Origin: Verrucomicrobiota bacterium
Lineage (GTDB): Bacteria; Verrucomicrobiota; Verrucomicrobiia; Chthoniobacterales; UBA10450
NCBI GenBank assembly: GCA_003219215.1
Contig: QHPY01000170.1
Coordinates: forward strand, 1,166-65,165
DNA: 64,000 bases
Reading direction: 5' to 3'
Under the pieces are notes generated by a model. It was given only the letters and a program-made list of their open reading frames with translations, was not told the origin of the DNA and ran no database searches. The translations under genes were made by a program, and so were the position numbers. Below, in pieces: positions 27,129-34,185 of this stretch (the first letter of the stretch is position 1; every line of letters starts with the position of its first letter).

Positions 27129-28697
27129 ATGGATGAGGCCGTTGTCCAAACTGCCCGTGTTTCAGAGGCGAGTGTTAAAAGAACAGGCTGGCCGATCCCA
27201 ATTGTTGTCTTCAGCCTGCTTTGGTTCGAGCTCATCAATCAGCTGAAACCCGAGTGGTGGCTTAATCCGCAATACAATTACGGCCTGATCGTTCCGCTCC
27301 TCGCGCTTTACCTGTTCTGGAAACGCTGGCGCGTTCGACCGACTCCCGCACCGCCAGCAGCAACCGCTTTTCCAATCCCTCTTATACTTTTGTGCGCCGC
27401 ACTCTCTCTTCCGATTCGGTTTCTCGCCGAAGCAAATCCCGACTGGCGATTGTTAAGCTGGCTGTTCGCGCTGGTCGTTGTTACCATCTCGCTTTTGTTC
27501 CTCTACATCGTCGGCGGCCGCGTCTGGGTGCGGCACTTTGCCTTTCCGGTCTTATTTTTTTTGGTAGCGGTGCCGTGGCCGGTCCGGATCGAGCAGGTCG
27601 TCATTCAGGACCTGATGCGGATTGTGACTGCCATCAACGTAACCTTTCTCCAGCTGGCAGCGGTTCCGGCTCTTCAACATGGAAACGTTATCGAAGTCGG
27701 GACTGGCTTTATCGGAATCGAAGAAGCCTGCAGCGGCGTGCGCTCGCTTCAAGCAACCTTGATGGTCTCACTTTTTCTCGGCGAACTTTATTACTTCACC
27801 GCGTCGCGCCGCCTCATTCTGATCGTCATCGGCGCGCTGCTCGCGTTCGTTTGCAATGTTGTGCGAACCGCGATTCTGGTCTGGGCTGGGACAACCAGCG
27901 GACCAAAATCGATCGAGGCTTGGCACGATCCGGCCGGCCTGACAATTTTGATGGCCTGTTTGATTGGGCTTTGGGTTGCGAGTCTCATCATGCAACGGCG
28001 CGGCAATGCATCGCCCATCGCGCGCTCGATCGATAATCAACGCGCACGGATCCAACTCAACTGGTCTTTCCTTGGCGCGTTAGCGATTTGGCTGCTTCTT
28101 GTCGAACTCGGAGTACAAATCTGGTATCGGTCTCATCACACGCTGATCCGTTCGCGTTGGGTCGTGCGTTGGCCGGAGTCGGAAAGTCATTACAAGCAGG
28201 TGCCGGTCGCTCCCGCCGCCGAAACGCTGCTTCGTTACAATGAAGGTGGCGGCGCAGCTTGGGAAGGACCAGACGGCCGGCAATGGATGATGTATTTTTT
28301 TCGATGGTTGCCGGGCCGGACCGCAGCGCGTTTTGTTAAAATTCATCGCCCCGACATTTGTCTTCCCGCGAGCGGCAGAACGATGGAACGCGACAATGGG
28401 CTCCGCATGCTCGCAGTTAATGGAGTGACTCTGCCCGTGCGCTCGTATCGGTTCGATGATCGCGGTGTTCCGCTCCATGTTTTTTACTGTTATTGGGATG
28501 CGCGTTCTTCTTATGAAAACATTGCTGCGGCCGAGTCCGAGGATTGGTCGCCGCGCGGCCGCCTTCGGGCCGCGCTTCAAGGACGTCGCGAGATTGGTGC
28601 GCAAATGCTCGAGATCGCGGTTTGGGGCTATCAGGACGACGCCGAAGCGAGTGAAGCGCTTGCTCGCGAGCTCAGCCAGGTTATTGGCGCGGGTTGA
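27129..28697 (+). CDS. Exosortase (EpsH/Xrt family) with C-terminal EpsI-like domain
   Basis: Polytopic N-terminal half with the exosortase catalytic motifs IEEACSGVRSL (Cys), NVVRTAILV (Arg) and WHDPAG (His). The roughly 200-aa soluble C-terminal half after a further TM resembles EpsI. The ATG at 27129 is preferred over 27048. Confidence 0.8.
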   Translation: MDEAVVQTARVSEASVKRTGWPIPIVVFSLLWFELINQLKPEWWLNPQYNYGLIVPLLALYLFWKRWRVRPTPAPPAATAFPIPLILLCAALSLPIRFLAEANPDWRLLSWLFALVVVTISLLFLYIVGGRVWVRHFAFPVLFFLVAVPWPVRIEQVVIQDLMRIVTAINVTFLQLAAVPALQHGNVIEVGTGFIGIEEACSGVRSLQATLMVSLFLGELYYFTASRRLILIVIGALLAFVCNVVRTAILVWAGTTSGPKSIEAWHDPAGLTILMACLIGLWVASLIMQRRGNASPIARSIDNQRARIQLNWSFLGALAIWLLLVELGVQIWYRSHHTLIRSRWVVRWPESESHYKQVPVAPAAETLLRYNEGGGAAWEGPDGRQWMMYFFRWLPGRTAARFVKIHRPDICLPASGRTMERDNGLRMLAVNGVTLPVRSYRFDDRGVPLHVFYCYWDARSSYENIAAAESEDWSPRGRLRAALQGRREIGAQMLEIAVWGYQDDAEASEALARELSQVIGAG

Positions 28698-28780
28698 CCA
28701 ATTGGCTGGCCAGGAAAAGATTCTAAAATCGCAGCAAGAAGCGGGTGGGCATGCAGTCTGAGCGATGACAAACTGACCGT

Positions 28781-29662
28781 ATGAATGATTACGAACGAGT
28801 CGCAAACGTGATCCGCTTCTTGGATCGACATCATATCGAGCAGCCCGATCTCAACGAGCTCGCGGCCGCGGCCGGGCTGAGTCCGTTTCATTTTCATCGG
28901 CTCTTCTCGACTTGGGCCGGCGTCACGCCAAAAGATTTTTTGCAATGCCTGACTCTCGAGCACGTGAAACAGCTTTTGCTCGAGAGAAACAATGTCTTCG
29001 ACGCTGCGCTCGATGCCGGGTTGTCCGGACCTGGCCGATTGCACGATCTTTGCGTGGCGCTCGAAGCCGCTTCACCCGGCGAAATGAAAAACGGCGGAGC
29101 CGGCATGCAAATCGATTACGGCTTTGCCGAGACACCATTCGGTGAAGCGCTCATCGCCGAGACCAAACGCGGAGTGTGCCATCTTTCTTTTCTCAACGGC
29201 CAGGGCCGCAACGGTGCCCGAGATTTTTTAATGTTGCAGTGGCCGAACGCAGAATTGCACCGCAATGATGCGCGAATCGCGGAATTGTCGACGACAATTT
29301 TCACGCGACGGCGCGAAGGCACATCACGTCGACCTCTTCGTGCTTTTGTCCGCGGAAGTCTGTTTCAGTTACGGGTGTGGCGCGCTTTGCTGCGTGTTCC
29401 TTCCGGAGCTCTGACGACGTACGGGCGGCTCGCCGAAGCAATCGGCCAATCCAAGGCAGCGCGCGCCGTCGGCAGTGCCGTCGGCGCCAATCCGATCTCC
29501 TTCATCATTCCGTGTCACCGCGTCATTCGTGAGACTGGAGCCCTGGGAAATTACGGCGGCGGTCGGATTCGGAAACGCGCCATCGTCGGATGGGAACTTT
29601 CATCGGGACAACATTCAATCGGCGTTGGTGAAACCGACCGAATCAGGGCCACAGCGGCTTAG
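28781..29662 (+). CDS. AraC-type HTH fused to methylated-DNA-protein-cysteine methyltransferase (Ada/Ogt-like)
   Basis: N-terminal AraC HTH (LAAAAGLSPFHFHRLFSTWAGVTPKDFL). The C-terminal MGMT domain carries the active-site IPCHRVI. Confidence 0.8.
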   Translation: MNDYERVANVIRFLDRHHIEQPDLNELAAAAGLSPFHFHRLFSTWAGVTPKDFLQCLTLEHVKQLLLERNNVFDAALDAGLSGPGRLHDLCVALEAASPGEMKNGGAGMQIDYGFAETPFGEALIAETKRGVCHLSFLNGQGRNGARDFLMLQWPNAELHRNDARIAELSTTIFTRRREGTSRRPLRAFVRGSLFQLRVWRALLRVPSGALTTYGRLAEAIGQSKAARAVGSAVGANPISFIIPCHRVIRETGALGNYGGGRIRKRAIVGWELSSGQHSIGVGETDRIRATAA

Positions 29663-29721
29663 CAACCAACTGAGATCGACATCGTCGCAGCGGCGAATAT
29701 CGTAAGCCGCGTTGCTTACGT

Positions 29722-30372
29722 ATGGATAAATCTCCGCTCGATTACGCCGGTTTCAGACACGAGTACATTGGGGGAGGATTGCGACGCACCGATCTCGATC
29801 CCGATCCGGTAAAGCAATTCCACGCCTGGTTCGCCGCTGCGATTAAAGCCGGAATCCATGATGCTAACGCGATGACGGTGGCCACGTGCATGGATGGAAA
29901 AGCATCCGCGCGCGTCGTGTTGCTGAAGGACTTTGATGAGCGCGGGTTCGTTTTTTTTACCAACTACGCCAGCGACAAAGGCCGGCAGCTCGAGAAAAAT
30001 CCGAATGCCGCTTTGGTCATGTATTGGATGGAAATGGAGCGCCAGATCCGGATCGAGGGAAAGGTCGAAAAAACTTCACACGAGGAATCAGAGGAATATT
30101 TTCATACGCGGCCGATCGGCGCGCAGCTTGGCGCGTGGGCTTCCCATCAAAGTGAGGTGATTGATGCGCGCCGAATTCTCGATGCGCGCCTTGAAGAGAT
30201 GAAACAACGTTTCGCCGAAGGACAAATTCCGCTTCCGCCGCATTGGGGTGGATATCGCCTCAAACCCGACCGGATCGAATTTTGGCAGGGCCGTCCCGAT
30301 CGCTTACACGACCGGTTTCGCTACACGTTGCAATCCAGCGGCTCTTGGTCGATAGACCGGCTCGCGCCGTGA
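29722..30372 (+). CDS. pdxH: Pyridoxamine 5'-phosphate oxidase
   Basis: 216 aa with the C-terminal signature RIEFWQGRPDRLHDRFRY and VLLKDFDERGFVFFTNYASDKG. Confidence 0.9.
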   Translation: MDKSPLDYAGFRHEYIGGGLRRTDLDPDPVKQFHAWFAAAIKAGIHDANAMTVATCMDGKASARVVLLKDFDERGFVFFTNYASDKGRQLEKNPNAALVMYWMEMERQIRIEGKVEKTSHEESEEYFHTRPIGAQLGAWASHQSEVIDARRILDARLEEMKQRFAEGQIPLPPHWGGYRLKPDRIEFWQGRPDRLHDRFRYTLQSSGSWSIDRLAP

Positions 30373-30893
30373 AAACTCGCGACGACAAGATCGACCTCCT
30401 CCGCGGCGATATCACCAAACTCGATGTCGATGCGATTGTGAACGCCGCCAACACCAGTTTGCTCGGTGGCGGCGGAGTCGATGGCGCGATTCACCGCGCG
30501 GCCGGACCAAAGTTGTTGGAAGAGTGTCGAAGCCTCGGCGGCTGTCAGCCCGGTCAAGCAAAAATTACGCGCGGCTACAATTTGCCCGTACCCTTCGTCA
30601 TTCATACCGTCGGTCCGGTCTGGTCGGGAGGGAACCGCGGTGAAGCAGAGGCGCTGGCAAACTGTTATCGGAACTCTTTGCGCCTCGCTGCCGAGAAGGA
30701 AATCAAAACCATTGCGTTTCCGGCGATCAGCTGCGGCGCATATCGCTATCCCATTGCGGAAGCGGCTCAGATTGCTCTGCGAACCGCGCGAGATTTTCTT
30801 AGCGCGAGTGACCAGATCGACAAGGTGATCTTCGTCCTGATCACGGGCGAGATTTTTTCTGTCTACAAACAGTTGCTTTTGCGCGCTGGATGA
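30369..30893 (+). CDS. Macro-domain protein (O-acetyl-ADP-ribose deacetylase, YmdB-like)
   Basis: GDITKLDVDAIVNAANTSLLGGGGVDGAIHRAAG and FPAISCGAYRYP. The GTG at 30369 overlaps the pdxH TGA (GTGA). The longest ORF start at 30243 lies inside pdxH. Confidence 0.8.
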   Translation: MKTRDDKIDLLRGDITKLDVDAIVNAANTSLLGGGGVDGAIHRAAGPKLLEECRSLGGCQPGQAKITRGYNLPVPFVIHTVGPVWSGGNRGEAEALANCYRNSLRLAAEKEIKTIAFPAISCGAYRYPIAEAAQIALRTARDFLSASDQIDKVIFVLITGEIFSVYKQLLLRAG

Positions 30894-30939
30894 GTAAACG
30901 CTTTGGACCAACGCGATCGGTCGAGCAGTCGCGAACCAA

Positions 30940-31416
30940 TTGGTGATGGATCCGATCGAAGATGATTTTGTGAACGACGAACCTCTGGGGGCAGAACAGA
31001 ACGCGTCGCGTCGAAAACGTCGGCGCCGCCCACCCAGCGTCTTGGAACCGCCACCCCGTCGCCGTGAACAAATCAGGGGAAGAAGGAGTTTCACGCGGGA
31101 ACGGACCGAATTGTTCCTTCGGGAAAATCCGGTTCCGATGATCCTTGGGGCGCTGGCCGCGGGGCTCGCCATTGGCCTCGCCATTCGTTACGCCTCGCGT
31201 CCCGACGAAAAAGAGGCGAAAATAAAAACGCCCCTGGACCGGATTAATTGGAGCGTTCTTACGTTGCCGTTTCTCTGGCCGCTCTTTCGCGGAATGAAAG
31301 AGAGACTCGAAGACTCCGCCGATGCAGTTCGAGAAGGCGTCGGTCGCGTGAAAGACATCGACCTCGACCGTTACACCAAGCCGATCCGCAAACGCTGGAA
31401 ATCGTGGACGCACTGA
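30940..31416 (+). CDS. Hypothetical membrane protein
   Basis: Arg-rich N-terminus, one clear TM (PMILGALAAGLAIGLAI) and a charged C-terminus. No family recognised. Confidence 0.45.
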   Translation: MVMDPIEDDFVNDEPLGAEQNASRRKRRRRPPSVLEPPPRRREQIRGRRSFTRERTELFLRENPVPMILGALAAGLAIGLAIRYASRPDEKEAKIKTPLDRINWSVLTLPFLWPLFRGMKERLEDSADAVREGVGRVKDIDLDRYTKPIRKRWKSWTH

Positions 31417-31544
31417 GCTTTTGTCATTTCTAGCGAAGTCGAGAAATCTCTTACTGTTTCTGAAGACTGGATGCTAAATCTGGCCGGGTGCTGCGTGTCG
31501 TTGCGTCTTTAGACTCGTCGGCGCAATCGAATGTCGATCTTCGC

Positions 31545-33524
31545 ATGGCCAAAATAAGTCGATCTGACCAACCGGTCTGGCCGGAGAACGCGATCTTTCA
31601 GTTTTTCGCGTCGCTCAAACTCGCGGTCGTGTTGCTGGCCGTGCTCATCGCCGGCGCGATCGTGGGAACACTTTACGAGTCGAGTTTCGACGCGAAAGTG
31701 GCGCGCGCTTATGTTTATGGCGCGCCCTGGTTCAACGCCTGGCTCGTTTTGCTCGGCGCGAATCTGACCGTGTCCGCGCTATCGCGTTGGCCCTGGAAAA
31801 AATATCATAGCGCGTTCCTCATTACGCACCTCGGCATTATCACGCTGCTGATCGGCTCGCTCGTCGGCCGGATTCTTGGTGTCGAAGGAACGATCACACT
31901 TTTCAAAGGCGAAGCGCCGACAAATCGATTGCTCGTCGATCAGCATCAGCTCCGTGTCCACGACATCGATGGCATCATCAAAGGTTATCCCGCGGAATTT
32001 CTGCATCATCCGCCGAGCCCACAGCATCCAAAAAATCTCGGCGCGCTCGCAAGCGGCGCCCGTTTGCAAATTGTGGATTACGCGCTGGAAATTGAAGGCA
32101 AGCTCAATCCAAAACCGCTCAAAGACGGCGGCGCGCCGGCAATTCATTTCAAAATCGAAACTGCGATGATGAATCAACACCTCGAAAGCTGGTTGATGGC
32201 CGACGATCCGCAGCACGGAAATTTTTCGATGGGACTCGCGAACATCGAATTGAAGCGTGGAAGTGCGCCAACATCGCCATCCTCGATCACGAGCACGAGT
32301 AAAAATGAAGAAAAAGATCTGGAGGAATCGATTTTCGCTTTTAGCAAAGCGCCCGACGAACAGATCGGCCACGTGAACAAAGGCGGCAGCACGGGGGCAA
32401 AAGTTCAACTCGAACCGCCTCGAAACAGAAACAAGGGCCGGGTGCTGATTTCGCTCGGCGGAAAGGAATCGTCTTTCGATGTCGCCGAGAATGTTGGCCG
32501 CGAAATGAAGATCGAGAAGACGCCGTTCACACTCAAGATCGACAACTACTGGGCGGACTTCCGGATCGAGAACGGGAAACCGGGTTCGATCAGCGATCAG
32601 CCGAACAACCCAGCCGTGCTCGTGACCATTCGCGGCAAGGCCGTTCCCACAACCATAGTGGAAACGAAAAATCCGCACGGCGGAGGCGAGCTGCCGACAA
32701 CTGGCGGCCCGCCGACAATGCCGGCCGTTGGTGACGCGGCGCCAAATCATCTTACTCTTTTCGTCGCGAACGACGGCGCGATCTCGTACGAGCTTCTCTC
32801 GCGCAAGAGCGGGAAATCGTCCGGCAAGATCGACATCAACAAATCGCTCACGACCGGTTGGGCCGATTGGCAACTCGTGATCGACAAAGCGATGCCCCAC
32901 GCGGAGCAGTGGATGGATTTCACGCCGGCAAAGTCGGAGACAACATCGACATCTGCCGGCGCGGCCGAATTGCCCGACGGTGTGCGAATTCGAGTGGAAC
33001 AAAACGGCGAAACACTCGAGCAATGGGTGCCAGCCGGCTGGCAAGTTACAGTGCCGACTTTGCCTAACGAAACGATGGTCGCCTACGGCTGGAAAACGCT
33101 TCCACTGCCGATTGGACTTGAGCTGCTCGACTTCGAAGTGAAACGTAACGAAGGCAGCGACAGTCCAGCCGGATTCAAAAGCACGTTGCGCGTGAGCAGT
33201 TCAGATGGCGAAAGCGCGACCGGTGCGTGCTGGATGAATCATCCGTTCAGTTATCCAAGCAGTTGGTTGCGGACGTGGACGGGGTTCACCTACAAAATTT
33301 CGCAAGCGTCGTGGAACCCGGAAAATCTCGGTCAAAGCAGCGTCCAAATTCTGCGTGATCCGGGTTGGCTGTTGAAATGGATCGGTTCCCTCCTTGTCGT
33401 AATCGGCGTGTTCATGATGTTTTATCTCCAGCCTTACCGGAAGCAAACAGAAGGCGAACCGATCACGCTGACCGGTCCGAAACCGCCGAAGCGGGCGCAA
33501 GAACTGCATCCGGTTGCGCGCTGA
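31545..33524 (+). CDS. ResB/Ccs1-like cytochrome c biogenesis protein
   Basis: The N-terminus FFASLKLAVVLLAVLIAGAIVGTLYES is followed by further TMs, a long soluble domain and a final TM (WIGSLLVVIGVFMMFY), which is ResB topology. The ATG at 31545 is preferred. Confidence 0.7.
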   Translation: MAKISRSDQPVWPENAIFQFFASLKLAVVLLAVLIAGAIVGTLYESSFDAKVARAYVYGAPWFNAWLVLLGANLTVSALSRWPWKKYHSAFLITHLGIITLLIGSLVGRILGVEGTITLFKGEAPTNRLLVDQHQLRVHDIDGIIKGYPAEFLHHPPSPQHPKNLGALASGARLQIVDYALEIEGKLNPKPLKDGGAPAIHFKIETAMMNQHLESWLMADDPQHGNFSMGLANIELKRGSAPTSPSSITSTSKNEEKDLEESIFAFSKAPDEQIGHVNKGGSTGAKVQLEPPRNRNKGRVLISLGGKESSFDVAENVGREMKIEKTPFTLKIDNYWADFRIENGKPGSISDQPNNPAVLVTIRGKAVPTTIVETKNPHGGGELPTTGGPPTMPAVGDAAPNHLTLFVANDGAISYELLSRKSGKSSGKIDINKSLTTGWADWQLVIDKAMPHAEQWMDFTPAKSETTSTSAGAAELPDGVRIRVEQNGETLEQWVPAGWQVTVPTLPNETMVAYGWKTLPLPIGLELLDFEVKRNEGSDSPAGFKSTLRVSSSDGESATGACWMNHPFSYPSSWLRTWTGFTYKISQASWNPENLGQSSVQILRDPGWLLKWIGSLLVVIGVFMMFYLQPYRKQTEGEPITLTGPKPPKRAQELHPVAR

Positions 33525-33533
33525 ACAAATTTT

Positions 33534-34184
33534 ATGGTTGTGAACTCAAAATTCGTTCGGTCGTTAGGATCTCTGATTATGATCACGGTCTTGTCCGGCT
33601 GCGCTTCAAACAAAAAACCGGCATGGGTGCGTTTCGCGGAGAAACAACCGAACAAGTGGGGGCACTACAGCGGCTATGTCGAAGCGCGTTGGGAAAACGA
33701 CGGGCGGACGATGACTTTGCTGAGCGAGCTGCGTTATACCGATCCACAAGGCGTGGCCTGGATTGCGCCGGCCGGATCGGTGGTAGACGGCGCGTCAATT
33801 CCGCGATCGCTCTGGTCAATCATGGGCGGCCCGTTTGAAGGAAAATATCGGAACGCGTCGGTGCTGCATGACGTTGCCTACGAACAGCGCAACCGGCCAT
33901 GGGAAGTTTGCGACCGGATGTTTTACAACGCGATGCGTTGCAGCGGTGTCAGCGCGGTGGAAGCAGGGACAATGTATTATGCGCTCCGCAAATTCGGTCA
34001 CCATTGGAAAGCGCCGAAGGCCGAGCCGGTAAAAGTTGGCGACGAGATGGTCGCGCGCGCCGAAGAAGTGCGGCCGGCAATTGCGGTGAACCGCGGCGAC
34101 ATCAACGCCACTCGCGATTGGATCCGCAATTCAGATCCGAGTTTGCAGCAAATCGAGCGACGCGCCGACGCCGAAGGACGTTGA
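33534..34184 (+). CDS. Lipoprotein with DUF1353-like domain
   Basis: Lipobox ITVLSGC. The core PAGSVVDGASIPRSLWSIMGGPFEGKYRNASVLHDVAY matches my recollection of the DUF1353 pattern (DGaSiP...HD..Y). Confidence 0.55.
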   Translation: MVVNSKFVRSLGSLIMITVLSGCASNKKPAWVRFAEKQPNKWGHYSGYVEARWENDGRTMTLLSELRYTDPQGVAWIAPAGSVVDGASIPRSLWSIMGGPFEGKYRNASVLHDVAYEQRNRPWEVCDRMFYNAMRCSGVSAVEAGTMYYALRKFGHHWKAPKAEPVKVGDEMVARAEEVRPAIAVNRGDINATRDWIRNSDPSLQQIERRADAEGR

Positions 34185-34185
34185 C

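Noticed and set aside
28080-28805. 241-aa minus-strand ORF
   Set aside because: It is antisense to the C-terminal (EpsI-like) half of the exosortase gene and has shadow composition.
30321-31184. 287-aa minus-strand ORF (and the 190-aa ORF at 30841..31413)
   Set aside because: Both are antisense to the macro-domain gene and the following membrane-protein gene. Arg/Ser-rich with no motifs.
31779-33044. 421-aa minus-strand ORF
   Set aside because: It lies entirely antisense to the ResB-like gene. It is Arg/Cys/His-rich with low-complexity shadow composition and no motifs.
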